From: Cyanophora paradoxa CCMP329
Lineage: Eukaryota; Plantae; Glaucophyta
Direction: 5' to 3'
Length of the DNA: 64,000 nt
NCBI GenBank assembly: GCA_004431415.1
Contig: QPMI01000121.1
Span: 62,001 to 126,000 of the forward strand
The position numbers and the translations under genes are program-made. How positions within the stretch are numbered: position 1 is the first letter of the stretch; every line of letters begins with the position of its first letter. This document shows positions 11,501 through 26,500 of this stretch, piece after piece. The notes under the pieces were generated by a model. That model saw only the letters and a list, made by a program, of their open reading frames with translations. It was not told the origin of the DNA and made no database searches.

Positions 11501-14500
11501 GGTCACGGTCTCGTTCTGGATCAATGCCCGCAAGGCGCAGGCTACCTGGGCGTACGTGTTCCCATTCCATGCCACTGAAGCTTGGGTTGGATAATTCAAA
11601 ATTGCTGCGCATGCAGGCGTATCTTCGACTTCGGGGGCGCTTCTGTCCAGAACAGCATTGCAGTCGGATTCCTTCCCAAGGGAGCCGTCATGACCGACCT
11701 TTCCATTGCAAACGCTCAGATCACGGGCTCGGTGGGCCCGTCGCGTGCGCTTGCGGTCGACTGCAATCGTTTCTGAAAATGGCTCCGATCGCGACAGGCG
11801 AACGACGGCACTTTGGGCCTCGTCGTGCTGGCATACAGCGGCAACACTGCCGTCGTCCATCTCGAGGCTTTTGGGGGAGTGCACGGTATTCCGGTAGCAA
11901 CTTTTGAGTCCACTTCCCGGCACGGCTGCAAAATTCTGAGGTTTCAACTCTCTTTTGCAGATTGGGGTGCTTTCTCATGTGACTCTGGTCTTCACCGGAG
12001 TGGAGACGTTCACTTACTTGTAATCGAATCCAGAGACCCGACCTATGTATGCCGCTGTGTTTTGATCCGCCCACCCCAGGAACGGCTCGCGGCGGCCGCA
12101 TTCGAAGACGGCCGCGGGTCTCGGCGGCGCCGGTGGAATGCTTCCACGAGTTGTGCGGGACGCGCACTACATCGCGAGGGGCCGGCAGGGCGAACCAGGC
12201 CTTGCAGACGGATACCTTGCAGGTTCTTCCTCTAGATCTTTGGCCGCATTTGGGCCGCTGCCCCGCCCTGCGTCATGCCGTGTTCCCGCAGAGTTTCGGG
12301 TGTACTCCGGCGCGCTGTCCATGGAGGAGGTGCTTGAAGAGTTCCAGAGAGGCAAGGCCAGCGCCAGCGCGACGCTCGAACTCCGCTACGTCTTCGACGG
12401 CTGCGATCGAAACGTGTGCCGTCGACTTCGCTAGCGTGCCCGCGCCCCTGGGAGTTCTTGTCGTGCTGACGGGGAGCTTGCAATTGTGGCTAGGTTACAG
12501 ATCGGTCAGGGAACGGGCGAAACGGAACTATAGTGGGCGACGCATCTCAAATCGGCGGGCAGTGCCCGTTGAAGCTCCCTTCAACATGTGCATTTTCGAG
12601 CTCTCTCCGCCTGCTTGTGTGCGGTGCCGACGCGTAGCGCAGCACTGGTCTTCGGCACCAAGGTCCTGCCAGGCCGCACAGTCGACCAGACCGAGCGGTT
12701 CCTATTTGCGCCTGCGTTTGAGCTGGGCACTCCGATGACTTTCGCATTCTGGTACAGTCTTGTCTTCATGTGCCTTTAACTCGAATGTCTAATGGATTGC
12801 GAGCTGAATGAACTCCTGTGAACTCAGGTTGCGCATCAATATGAGCCAAACCAACCCGAGCGCTCTCTCGCGCGTCTTTGATTTCGGCAACGGAGCTGGA
12901 TCGGAAAATATCGTACGTAACTATGTCAATTGAAACTTTTTATGGCCGAACCTCGTTTGCTCGACGAAAGATTCTGGGTTTCTGCGGCCCCCCTGGTACA
13001 ACCCCTTCCGATTCAGACTGCCAGGTGCAATCGATCTTCGAGTCTGTGCACGGCGAGACTTGCCAATCTGATTCTCCGCGCAGCCGTACAGGAAAGCAGG
13101 CTACGAGACGCTGCTGCTCGTTGTCTATGACGGGACCCAGCTGAAGCAGCGCGTGCCCCTCTTCCTCGCGAACGACAGCATCCCGTCCGACAACTCCTGG
13201 CACCACGTCGCGCTGGTGCTCACGCCCGATGCGTACTACGCGTACCTCGACGGCGTCCTCCGGCCCAACGCGAGAGCGTCGGGCCTCGCGCCCGGGTCGG
13301 GCACCGTCCCCAAGCGGACGCGGACCAGGCACTACGTCGGCGCCGGCTGGTGGGCCGGGCCCTTCGCGTATGGCGTCGAGCTTGCGGACTTCCGCGTGTA
13401 CTCCGCGGCGCTCTCGGCTGCCCAGGTCGCCGACGTGGCGCAAGGCATCGTGCCACGGGACATGCCGTCCCTCGAGCTGCACTACAAGTTCGACACCTGC
13501 GGCGGCTCGGTGCGCAGAAGCGACAGTGGCGCCGTCCGCACTCACTTGAGCGCTTCAGGCGGTGGACTACTCGGGCAAGGGGCGTCCGGGAACGATGTAC
13601 GGCGACCTCGCCCTGTCGCTGAAGTGCACCGTGCCCTCCGCCGGTGCTCATCTTTTTGCATTTGTCCGCGCTCTTCCCAGTTCTCCCAGCCCATGACTTC
13701 CGCTTAGGAGCCTACTTTGGGACAAGGCACGGGCCTCCGATTTGCTAACCGCCCGCTGTCGCGCCGCTGATACTGTTTCGCGCAGCGACATTGGGAGCAG
13801 CCCCGCTTTAAAGCACAGATACATCGAGGCCCCACAGTTCGCGATCTTTTCGCCAGTCACCATCGACCTCTGGTGTGATTTCGAACACAACCATTTTCCC
13901 CGGAACGGCCCCTTTTTTATTACTTAGCGGGAATGGCCGGCAGGATCAAATTCCCACCGCAGGCCCCTGTGGTGATGTGGAGGCGCATCATAGGTGCCTC
14001 TTGATCTGCAAATACAATACCGCAATTTCCTTGCGAGTTCTCATTTCGGGATTTTCACCAGATTTCGGCTGTAATAGAGATTGCAACAATCTTGTTCGTC
14101 GAAATTCTGCCTTTTCATCCGTGTACATGTTCATATCTCTCATGCACTTGCAGATCGTCGGCTTTTGTCCTCCCGGAGGATCTAGCGCCGCATCCGGACC
14201 CACGAACAAGTGCAACGTGAGTCGCGTTCGAGTTCTGCGACTATGATTTCGAGATTGAGGGGTCCTGCGCTCAGGATAAGGCGAGCACAACAGGACTGGC
14301 GTTATTTATACACATCGTTACCAATTCGATTCAATACGAAACAATCGCTTTTAAGGACGATAACTCAATTCCCCGCGACGGTCGCTTCCACCACATCGCT
14401 TTCGTCTTCACGGGCACGGAACTGCGCACGTACCGTAACGGATCCTTCGTGCCGCACTTGAAAACCGGCCAGGGTGGGGTCTCTGTGGCCAACCTCAACA

Positions 14501-17500
14501 GGCCCAATATGTACATAGCACGCAGTCACTGGGGCCCCGAATCGCCCACCGACGTCTACTTCTCCGGCAAGCTCTGCTTGGATTGCATATCGCACATAGA
14601 ATGACTTGGCGCCAGGATTCCGTATCCACTCCGCGGCGCTGACGGATGGGCAAGTCATGGAAGCATATCTGGGCTTGCAGCCCGCCGCGCCCGTCGCGTT
14701 GCACTACAAACTAGACAGCTGTGGGAGCACGGTGAGCCTGCGTGCGGGCCGCTGGAAGCATTTCAAGTCGTCGGCTTAGTTCCCTGCGCAGCTCGAAGGC
14801 GCCTTTTCCGGCTTGGACGTGCCCGACTCGAGCGGCTGGGGCCGCTCCGGGAGATTCTTCGGCGACATTGCTATGGCCTGCCCCCCTCCGGCCACAGGTC
14901 TTCTTTAATTTGGATATCGTGCGCGCCTGTCTTGCTTCTCTCACTCCGATCTGCTGCCAGGGGTGTATTTCGGAAACTCTGGAGGGGCTGATGCCGTGCG
15001 TTTCGTCGATATGAGCGACTTTTTCGCCAGCAGAACTCTGGTGTATCCGCTCACTGTTGAAGTGAGCCATTGAAATGGATTCGCTGACATTGCTATCAGT
15101 TCTCTGACGCTTTGCAGTCTTGGATCTATCCGCACTCCATGCCGAAATATGCGGCTCGTTGGTTTGATATCACACAGCCTACTCCCATGAATGGAATAGA
15201 TCCGCACGATTCACTGGTAAGCTGGCTTCTCTACTGATCCAAGGCCTCTTTGCACTCGTGCTAAATGTGGTGTTGCGGCAGTACTGGTATAAATGCCCGT
15301 GCGACAATGCAAACTGCGGGTGTCTGGGCGGACAGGGCGGATATGCGCTGCTCCAGAACACCTTGAAAGGCGGAACGGGTCGCGAGGGTCTCCGTGCCGC
15401 TTCGGGGACGTCGTTTGTGCCGGTCAGAACGCCCTGCACTCATGATCGCGCTTGCGAAGCCTGAAGCCAGTTCTCGGGCAGCTCCAGCGCTGGACGCATC
15501 TCGCATTCACATTTGGCGCCCCTGACGGCTCAGGGCAGTCAATTGCGCGGGCGTACAAGAACGGTTTGCTTATAAAAGAAGGATCCGTCGTCAGCCTGTC
15601 GTCGATTCCGCGATCCTTGGCGTTTCTTGGGCGGTCTTTCTATTCGGTGAGGCCATCTGTATCCGGCATTATATATATTAATCTGATTGCAATGATTGCA
15701 ATGAATGAACATGCCTTGAATTCGCGCAGATCGACCCTTACCTTACGGATACTACCGTTGGTGGTAAATTGTGCGGCTGCGGCGCGCCATCGTGCTCGTC
15801 ATTCATGCCTTGGCGCAGCTTTCCGCGTGTACGGATCACAGCTCTCCGCGAGCCAAGTCAGGCTGGCCTACGCTAGCGCGAGCGCCCCGCTATCGGGGCC
15901 CGCGCCTCTTATCGCGGAATACTTGTTCTCGGATTGCGCGGTGCGCGACCTATCATAAATCGGACACTTATTGTTGCGGCGCAAAGGCTCACCGCGCTAC
16001 AGGCGAACCGAATGGTGCTCACCAGCTCTGGCGAGGGTCCAGCGGCAAAGATCGTCGGAGACGATGTCAGCATCCCCTGTCCAATATTGAAGTCGGACAG
16101 CCCTCCAGCTCCGCTCGTCCTATCGGCGATTTCCACGGGCCCGACGACGGTGATCATCACGGCGAATTTTACGGCTGGCGTAGGGATTACAACCCTCGAC
16201 GCGGCTTGTGACGCGCCGGGCGCTTTGACGGGGGCGTACGTGGGGTCCGCCTCTGTTTCCGACGCCGACGCGGCCGGCGCCGCCGTGTCTGTAACGGTGG
16301 AGCTCGCGTACGGCGGGTCGTACGTCGTTTCCTGCTCCGTGAAAGCACAGAGCAAAGCTGGCGGGGAGTCCCTGCCGTCCGCCGCCGTGAATGTCACCGT
16401 GCCTCCGGTGCTCTTCGATATTGAAGCTGTGGAGCTGCATCTTTATTACGTCTCGCTGACTGCACGCAGGGGAATTCGATTGCAGCGCAAAACGCGCTCA
16501 TGCCTTCGGGGAACACGGGCGCAAGCAACGCCTTCTCTCGCGTCGGTGCGCGAAAGATGAAAGCGTCGAGCCCAAATGCCGCTCGCGATCGGGTTTTGCA
16601 GGGAACGCTGTCGACTCGGAGGAGAGCGTCCAGATCGTGTTCGCCACGCAACTCGCGAACTACCTCGTCGGGCAGAGGCCCGCGTCTCACCGCCTCGGGT
16701 TCATCACGCGGACCGCGGAGGAGTTCACGTACTGCGACTTCGATCTCGACAGCAATCGCTGCTCCTTCGTTCAAAAACTTGCGAATGTGCGCCCGCGAGA
16801 TTGCTTTGTTTGTGAGCTCAAGGTCATTTCCTAATGCTTTCGCCTCAGCTGCTCGGTGACGCAGAGCCAACCGATTTTGCGTATTCTTCCATGACTCCGG
16901 TAATATTGCTTGCAATTCCAATATTAATTACAGTCGTGTTCAGCGATCTGTTGAATGACACGAGAACATCTGCGGCAGTGGCCGGCCAAGGACTGCGACG
17001 CTCGGTTTGTCCCCAGCAACTTGACAGCGTTTCAGGTGAGCTGCGTATTCTGGAGGACCGGATGTGAAGTCGCTCATCCGGCAGCAGAGCAACTGGCCGT
17101 GGACGTCCCAAGCCTACCTGAACGCTAGCGACCTCGTCGGCTCGACTGTCGCGGCCGTCCTGCGCCCTCCCTCCGACTGCGCTGGCTTCGGCTGCTATTC
17201 GTATGCCGCGCAGCGCTGGGCGTCCTACGCGTTCGGCGGGTGTGCGCCTGCGCCGTACGGATTCATTCGAAGCTGGCCCGCGGGCCTCTGCACGGGCGCC
17301 GGACCCTACGACTTCATGAGAGCCGCCGCCGCATGGACCCACGACTTCCGCCATTTCTACGCTGCCTACGAGCGGACTTTCTATGAAGCTGTCTCCGGCC
17401 TCTCTTCTGCGAGCCCCACTGAAGAGTGCGCTTTGGTTTTACAATAATCTCACTTTTTATTTTAATTATTAATTTGTTGTACCCTGACTCGGTGCAGGTA

Positions 17501-20500
17501 CAACTGGGCCGGAATGCTCGGGAATCTTGACCTTTTCTCGATCTCGGTGAGATATGCATATGCACAGCAGGCTGGCTTTTAACTTCTCAATTGAAGTTAC
17601 TCTTATCGTTTTAATACGCAGCCCACGGGAAGCAACGCGAACATTACGGAGCACCGCTCCCGCCATTTCCGCCTGCAACCCGAGCTCTTTGGCTTTGCGT
17701 GGGCCACGCCGGGCGCCGAAACTTCAACGAACGTAGCGTTTGGCAGCCACTTCTTCTACGGCTCGTTCCTTGCTCGCTTTCCCTGTCTTGTGAAAGCTAA
17801 CAAGAGCTGCAGGCGCCACAAACTGTCTCGACTTTTACGACGCTGAACCATCCAGCCGTACTTTCGAGGGCAACGAGACAGCGAGCGATGTCAGGCGGGC
17901 GTATCCCGACTTGGCATCGTTCGACGCGCTCCTCTTGCAAGAGCTTCGGGTGATTACAAAGCCGCCTTCCAATTATTTTGTGGTAGGTTTCTCACTCACA
18001 CCGGTTTCTCAGTATTTCCAGTTCTGGCAGCGCGGGGTAGCTTTCTTTTCCTCGTTCGCCGTGCTTCGGAACAGTGGCGGGCCCTCTGTTGTACCGCTGC
18101 TCAAAGTCTGCTCGCTTCCTCTGGGCGTCGCTCTGCTCAAGTTCGAGCTGGCTTCGATCGCTCCCGCCGGCTTCACCGCCTCCGCCGAGGTTGTGTACAA
18201 GAGCGTCCCGTGCGTAGCCCATTTTCGGTCGAGTCGATCATGATTCGGCCCGTCGGATGCCCATGACCTGCCTTGTCTTGCCAGGTGGCCGCAGGAGAAC
18301 GGCGCCTTCTTTGCCGACTCGTTCCCAGTGGGCGCCTCCGTGCAGGCCATGCACACCGACGGACGCGTCGCCGATGGCGGCCCGATCCTGTACCACGCCA
18401 TCGTTCGGTGGGCATACATGCAAGATTTCTCATGCGTCTCGCCTCTCATCGGAATTCATCTGCTCGCAGGATTCCGTTCTTCCCGAACGCATCAGTTGCT
18501 GGCGCCTGCCCCGTTCCGCTCGTGTCGAGCATCTGCGGAACGCGCACAGTGGCGCATGTGATTGCCATGTTTACATGGCAAGTTGACCCTTCGCGCTTTG
18601 TCAATTCACCTGTCGGCGTGCGGAGCTTCGACCCATACTTCCCGGCCCCGTCCACGTACCGCACGGCCGTCTTCACGCACACTGCACCGCGGGTCCTGCG
18701 CTCCGAGCAGCTCGCGCTCGCAGACCACTGGATTGTGCGCTTGCTTTTCCATTTTTCATCGATTAAGCGCACACACGTGTGGGTCGGTGACTCGACAAGC
18801 AGGTCCAGAACGAACGGCCGCTCCACGCCGGATACGGCCACGGGTACCTCGAAGGCCGCTGGGTCGACCCGCCCAACTCGAAGTACAGCTTCTGGGTCAC
18901 CGGCGACCGTGTCACTCGCGTCCGCAAGGCGAACGCTTTCCAAAGTGGGATGGCCGGCTCGGCGGCGGACATCGATGGCAGCGTTCAGATTTACAAGACA
19001 ACGGACTGGCGCGGCACAAGGCGGGAGTGGACCTCGGTAAATGCGTCGATCGCGATCGGGCTTGTTTGGAACTCAATTCTTAACGCTGATTTACGGCATT
19101 ACACGTCTCAGGTGGCGGCCGCCGTCTATAAAGATGGCAACCTATAGTGCGTGCACATATTTCGCTGGGCATCTGTTGCGAAGCTCTAGATCCAACATCC
19201 TCTTGCCGCAGCGTGGTACAAGAGGTTCACACGCAGGCGAACACGCGTGTCTTCACGCTCGCTTCGGACGGCGAGACGCGCCCGCGATACGTGCACAGCC
19301 GCCGAATGAAGCGGGCCGCCGAGCGAGCCCCCGGCTCGCGGCTCATCCGCCTTGAGAATGTGGACGCCAGTGCTCCGTTCACTTCCGCTACCGTTACAGT
19401 GACCGTGATCGTGCCGAACTTCCCGGTTTGCTGTGTTTAATTTTGTCTTCTGTGGGGCAACATTTCAGTGGCACTTCTCACTCTCGGCTGACGTGAACGG
19501 CAGGCGAACATCCTGTACGCAACAGCTATTGACGACTACTCAAGCGGGCGAATGTTTGAGACCGACCCGGGCATCCCATTCGCCGAACTTCCTTGGGTAA
19601 GATTGCACGCAAGATAGGAAGTTCGTGATTGATTGAAAAATTGATGGCCGATGGGAACTTTGCAGGTTGTCTTCGTAGTGTCCGATCCGGCGTACGTGAT
19701 CAAACTACACTCGCGCTGCCCTCCTGGGCAACGGTGGAATTGGGAGGTAAGGGGGGCAGAGCCGGCGGCCTGGATCGCACCCATTGTATCTAAGAGCCCG
19801 TTTCTCCGCCAGGCCGCTGTCTTCAACCGCTCTGTCGCGATTAATGATCTCTGCGTCGATTTGCCTGCTGGTACCTTGCCCTGAGACGCTTGCGTGCATT
19901 TGAATACGCCCTGCGCAACTCACGGTCTGTCTTCGTAAGGACGTTACTCGTCGCGTGAAGGACTCATGCTCGACGATGACGCCCAGCTGTGCGCTCCTTG
20001 TTTCGCGATTCTCATTTCAGACAAGCGAGCTCACTAGGAGTTTCTTTGTCCAGCTGCCCGAACGGGACGTACAGTGCAGCGGGCGCAACGACGTGCACGA
20101 TGTGCGATGCCGGAACGTATGCAGACACGGGCGCTTTGGCTTGCTACGGTGCACTTCTGAGCCTTGGAGCTCGCAGTCAGTCAAGTTGGTGGCGCTAACT
20201 AGAATCCGCGCTCGGCAGACTGCCCGCAGCACACGTACTCCATGAAAGCCGGCGATCCGTGCACCCCATGCGCTGAGAACCTCTTTACCCCTTCGGTGCG
20301 TTGGCGCTTCATCTCGAACCGTTCTAATTCGCTTCATATATGCTAACCCGCCAGCAGGCCAAATGGACGTTCCAGTGTGTGCCTTGGTTCGTTTTTTATT
20401 TACCTGGACGTACGTGCGCCAGTCTGCTGCTGATTGCCCGCGGTTGTTCAGCTTCCCCGGGACATACCTTCAGAGGGTGCCTCTCGCGTGTGTTTCATGT

Positions 20501-23500
20501 CCGTTAAACAAGTACAGCATGGGCGGCTCGCTTGATGAATGCTCGAGCTGTGCGTCTCGTCTGTAATGCCTGCACTTCGAATTCGCACGCGCGTCTTAGC
20601 CCGTCGCAGGTCCGAATGGATGGTACCCCACGCTCGATCTCACCAATTGTGCACCTTGGTAAGCCGTCGCGCGACGAGCCATTGCGGCCTCCCAGTCCTC
20701 CAACAATCCTGCAGCGTGGCTGGAACGCATCAGCCCGAGGAGCTTCGGCCATGCGAGGCGTGTCCCCCGGGGACTTGGGCGGGGCCACAACACTTCGGCC
20801 CCTGCATCACATGCCCCCCGGTAGCTGCTGATGGCTCGCTCGCGGAATTCAACCCGGCTCACTGGTTGGCAGGGGCAAGTCACGACGGACAAGCAGGACG
20901 GGTGCACGTGGTGCAGGCCCGGATTCGGGGTCCCGCCGAACGAGACCGTCTGTCTCTCTTGCGATGAAGGTGACGATAAGCGCCGCCCAAAGCGTTGCAG
21001 GCGAGGGAAGGCTCCGTTCGCGACGTCGCTTTCCGGCAGATTACGCGTCCCCCGACGGGAGGGGCTGCGAGAAGTGCCGCCCCGGCTACGTCTCGCTATC
21101 GGATAGGAAGGTGCTTGATTTCTATTTATATCGCTCTTGTTTTATCTTTTCAACATTTACGCAGGCCTGCTTGCCGTGTCGGGGTGGTACGGCAGAGCAC
21201 GGGCGCTCCGGAGAGTGTCTTCCATGCGCTCAGAACGAGGTCGCCCCTTTCGAAGGATCCACGAACTGCACGGCCTGCCCGGACGGCAAGTACGCTTCGG
21301 CAGACCAGCGGTTGTGCTTCGACTGCCCAGCTGGTTCGCTCCATTATTTTCAAGAACTCACGTTTAGATTGAAAAATCCGCTATGCAGCCTGACCGGTTG
21401 CGTCAGGTACATATCGACACGGAACGATGGCGAAGTGCGAGGCGGTGCCTGGCCAGGCTGTCGCGCTCGTCGGCTCGTCCAACTTTACAAAATGCCAAGC
21501 CGGTTTTGTGCCCGACGGCACCAAAGCAACGTGCATGCCATGCCGAGGCGGTGAGCGGGCTCGAGCACCTGGACCTAGCTATGGCTAACGCCGCACAGGC
21601 TCCTACCAAAGCGGCGAAGACTGCGTCCCGTGCCCGCTGAATACGATCGCTTCATCGCCTGGGACGGTCAATTGCACGCCCTGCGCGCCCGGCTACGTTG
21701 CTGCGGCCGACCAGCAGTCCTGCGAGCCTTGCCCGGTGGGGACGTGGCGGGACGAAAGCATGACGGCATGCGCCCCTGTCCCGAAGCGCGCGGCTGCCGT
21801 GCAAGGGTCACCAGCGTACATCGAATGCCCAGACGGGCACGTCCCGGACGGGACCAAGGCGACTTGCGTCCCGTGCCCTGCAGGCAAGCGAATGCTGGTC
21901 TTCTTCGCTCTCTTTCATATACAAGCGCGCTCATGCGCTCTGTAGGCCTGTACCAACTCGGGGACAGCTGCCTCCAGTGTCCGCTGAACTCCATCGTGAG
22001 CAGCTCGGGCGCAGCGGAATGCACGCTATGCGCACCGGGCTACGCGGCCTCGGCCGACCAGCAGTCCTGCGAGCCGTGCCCATTCGGCACCTACCGCTCT
22101 GCAAACCTCTCGCAGTGCACCCCCGTTCCGGCTCGCGCCGCCGCCAAGCAAGGCTCCGCTGTCTACGAGATGTGCGGCAACGGAACAGTTCCGTCAGCGA
22201 TCCGGTCGGACTGTGTGGAATGCCGCGCGGGGAGCTACCAGCTGGAGGACCAGTGCCTGCCCTGCCCGCCGAACACGATCACGTCCGACCCCGGCAAGGA
22301 CCAGTGCGAGACGTGCCCCGAGGGCTACGAGGCCGCGGCGGACAGACAGACCTGCACACGTGCGCTGCGTCCGCCTGTGCAAGCGATGGTGGCTGGCTGA
22401 CGAGACGCGTGCGCAGCGTGCTTGGCGGGCACCTACAGGCACGCCCCGCTGGTGTCGTGCCAGCGCGTGCCTGTTGGGGCGGCGGCTGTAGCCGCGTCCA
22501 GGAACTACACCGTCTGTGCGAGAGGCGCGGTCCCCAGCGACGATCTAGCGACATGTCTTCCATGTCCGCGGGGCACGTACGAGAAGGACTGGCGGTGTCG
22601 CGACTGCGTTGGCGCGTGGTTTCGGCTTTCTAGCTGATTCCGGTCTTCGCTGACACTCCTTATACGAATTTAGGCAATTCGATTGCACCCAATATGACGA
22701 TGACAAGCTGCATCGACTGGTTTGCATGCTTGTTCGGTTTGCGTACTGATTCTCACGCACTAAACGTACGCAGCGACCCGGGGATGATTGCTGATGAGAC
22801 GCGCCAACATTGTAGAGCATGGTACGGTCTCCTTTGTTTATACTGGTTTTGCACTCATGCACTGTTTGACCGCAGCGAGCCGGGCTTCTTCCAGCCCGAC
22901 CGCACTAGCGGATGCGAGCGCTGCCCTGCAGCGTTGTTTTCTCAAAGCATGCAATTCGGACAATGTAAAGAATGCCCAGCGGTGCGCAGACGCACCGAAA
23001 AGCGCTGTCTCTCCGCCGTGGCTGACCATCAATGCAGGGCCAAGTTCCGAACGAGAAGCAAGACGGGTGCATGTGGTGCAGGTAAATACTCGGAGTCTCT
23101 TACAAAGCCTTACGCCAATTTACTGAGCCGCTTTTGCTCTCAGGCCTGGTTATGGCAAGCCGGCCAACGCAAGCATTTGTCTCATTTGCGAGAACGGTTT
23201 GTTGTGCTTTGCCCGTCGATTTCGGTATCTTTTCTCTGATGCGCCGCATATTGTTATTTGAATAATCTTAGACCATGCGTCGCCTGACGGCACTGGCTGC
23301 AAAAAGTGCGAGTTGGGCTTCGTGTCGCAACCGGATAGGCTGGTGCGAGCCCTTCGAACCTCTCGAATTTTCGCTGACACCACGTTCGGCTGACATCCGA
23401 GCAGGCGTGTCTTCCATGCCGAGCTGGAACAGCGGAGTCGAGCAGGTCGGGCGAGTGTGTCCCGTGCGGGCAAAACGAAATCGCTGCATTCGAGGGTTCT

Positions 23501-26500
23501 TCCACTTGCACGGCTTGCGCGGACGGCGAATACGCGTCTGCAGATCAGCGTCTGTGCTTCAAATGCCCGGCAGGTGTGAATGTTGCACCCAGCTTTGGAT
23601 TTCGTTAGCCTCATCCTTCTTTCCACCAACGGTGCATGCCCTTCGAGACAGGCACTTATCGCCACGGCTCGATGCCCCTCTGCCTTCCCGTTCCTGCTCG
23701 GGCAGTGGCTCTTCTGGGCTCTTCAAACTACACACTATGTGAACCCGGATTCGTTCCAGACGGCACAAAAGCCTCCTGCCTTGCTTGCCCTGCTGGTGCG
23801 CTTGTCGAGTCGTTGTCGCATGATCGTGAAAATCGATCCAGAAGAATCGAGATTTCCAGACCTTAACATTTCTTTCGCACAGGAATGCGGCAGATTGGCG
23901 ATGGTTGCTTCCTGTGCCCGCTGAATACGGTCGCTTCATCGCCTGGGACGGTCGATTGCACGCCCTGCGCTCCCGGCTACATTGCCGCGGCCGACCAGCA
24001 GTCCTGCGAGCCGTGCTTGGTGGGGACGTGGCGGAACGCAAGCATGACCGTCTGCATTCCCGTCCCAAAGCGCGCCGCTGCCGTGCAAGGGTCACCAGCG
24101 TACATCGAATGCCCACACGGGCACGTCCCTGACGGGACCAAGGCGACTTGTGTCCCGTGCCCTGCAGGCAAGCAAATGCTGGTCTTCTTCGCTCTCTTTC
24201 ATATACAAGCGTGCTCATGCGTTCTGCAGGCCTGTACCAACTCGGGGACAGCTGCCTCCAGTGCCCGCTGAACTCCATCGTGAGCAGCTCGGGCGCAGCG
24301 GAATGCACGCTATGCGCACCGGGCTACGCGGCCTCGGCCGACCAGCAGTCCTGCGAGCCGTGCCCATTCGGCACCTACCGCTCGGCAAACCTCTCGCAGT
24401 GCACCCCCGTTCCGGCTCGCGCCGCCGCCAAGCAAGGCTCCGCTGTCTACGAGATGTGCGGCAACGGAACAGTTCCGTCAGCGATCCGGTCGGACTGTGT
24501 GGAATGCCGCGCGGGGAGCTACCAGCTGGAGGACCAGTGCCTGCCCTGCCCGCCGAACACGATCACGTCCGACCCCGGCAAGGACCAGTGCGAGACGTGC
24601 CCCGAGGGCTACGAGGCCGCGGCGGACAGACAGACCTGCACACGTGCGCTGCGTCTGCCTGTGCGAGCGATGGTGGCTGGCTGACGAGATGCGTGCGCAG
24701 CGTGCTTGGCGGGCACCTACAGGCACGCCCCGCTGGTGTCGTGCCAGCGCGTGCCTGTGGGGGCGGCGGCTGTAGCCGCGTCCAGGAACTACACCGTCTG
24801 CGCGAGAGGCACGGTCCCGAGTGATGACCTTGCGACATGCCTCCCGTGCCCGCGGGGCACGTACGAGAGGGACTGGCGGTGCCGCGACTGCGTTGGAAAG
24901 ACATACGCCCCTCTTATCGGAATGACCGCGTGCCAAGATTGGTATGCTGGGCTTCTGTTCGCTTCCGTTTGCAATGCTGAATGCATGCACACAGCGAGCC
25001 TGGTTTTGTTGCGGACGAAACGCGCGAAGTTTGCTCGCCGTGTCCGAGTGGTTCTGCAAGGCCTGCGAGCGCCAGCTCCTGCCACGTGTGCCCCGCCGCG
25101 TATTTCGCCAACGCACCCGGCCGCGCCCAATGCGATTTTTGGTCCGCGCCCACGATCCGTTGTCGCGGCGCCCGCCTTTTGCGCCTGAGCCCGTCTTGCA
25201 GCCCCCCAGGGACCGAGTCTGCCGACAATCGCGTGGCCTGCACGCCGTGTCCCTTGGGTTATGCGGAGGTGAACGGCACGCGGACGTGCCGGTTCTGCGA
25301 CGAGGGAACAGTCGCAGAGGACCAGGGCGCGGTCGAGTGCAGATCTTGTGCCCCTGGTGAAATCTCCAACGGCGATCGGTGCGCCAAAATCGATGAAGTG
25401 TCGAACTAAGTCTCTGCGTGAAGTCGACGTGCTCGCTCGCAGCACGCGCTGCACTCCCTGCCAAGCGGGGACGTTCAAGCCTCGGAACATGAACGTCTGT
25501 CTGCCGTGCCGGATCGGGACCTGGGCGCCAGCAGGCTCACAGGCGTGCCGTCCGTGCGAGCCTGGATCGTACGCATCCGAAGACTCCAGCGAGTGCATCG
25601 CGTGCACTCCAGGCACGTTCATGCCGGAGGGCTCCCAGGCCTGCCTCAGGGTGCGCGCTCGTTCGTATCAGTCTCTCGCCTTTTCGAACAGCGAACCTTT
25701 CGCGGTCCAGTGTCCCGAGAACTTCATCGCGCCTGATCCTGGGACGGCCTTCGCGTGCACCCCTTGCGATGCCGGGTACACAGCGTCAGCCAACCGCCGC
25801 GTTTGCGAGCCCTGCGCTCTGGTGCTTATCCTCTTTGTTTATTCTGGATGCAATTTCCCTCGAGCTCTGTGGATTGATTTTCCGCCACCTTTTGCAGGGC
25901 TTCTACAGGCCTCTGGACAGCAACAGCACGGGGTGCATTCCATGTGGGCCGGGAACTGTCTCGCGGTCCGCAGGCACCGGCGAGTGTGAGCAGTGGTGCG
26001 TCTTTGTGTAATTGTAATGCAGCCCATGCGCAGTCTACGCCCTGTACACTATGTACCCCTGCTGACGCTGGGAGACAGTCCGCCAGGAAAGGTGCCGCGT
26101 GAAGACCGCGCAGACTGCAGGGGTACGGAACCTTGGCTCGCGCCAGCAGCCTCATCATCGCGTCACGCGCTTATTGCAATAAATGTCTTTTCTGCTGCAG
26201 ACTGCGCCGCTGGAACGTACCCCAGCGGCGGCATCTGCCTGCCGTGTCCGCCTCTAACTACCTCACGTTCCGGGGGTTCGCGGCCCCCTCAGGCATTCAA
26301 TCAATTTTTGATCGACCACGCAGACCCGACTTGCACCCGCTGCCCTGCTGGATCGATCTCCGACGATGCCCGCAAAGCGTGCATACCGTGCCCGTCGTCG
26401 ATGTACCTGCCGCCGAGCAGCGAAGTCTGCCTTCCGTGCCCCATGAATTCGATTTCGCAAGCCGGGTCCACGGGCTGCACTTGGTGGTACGTTGCATACT

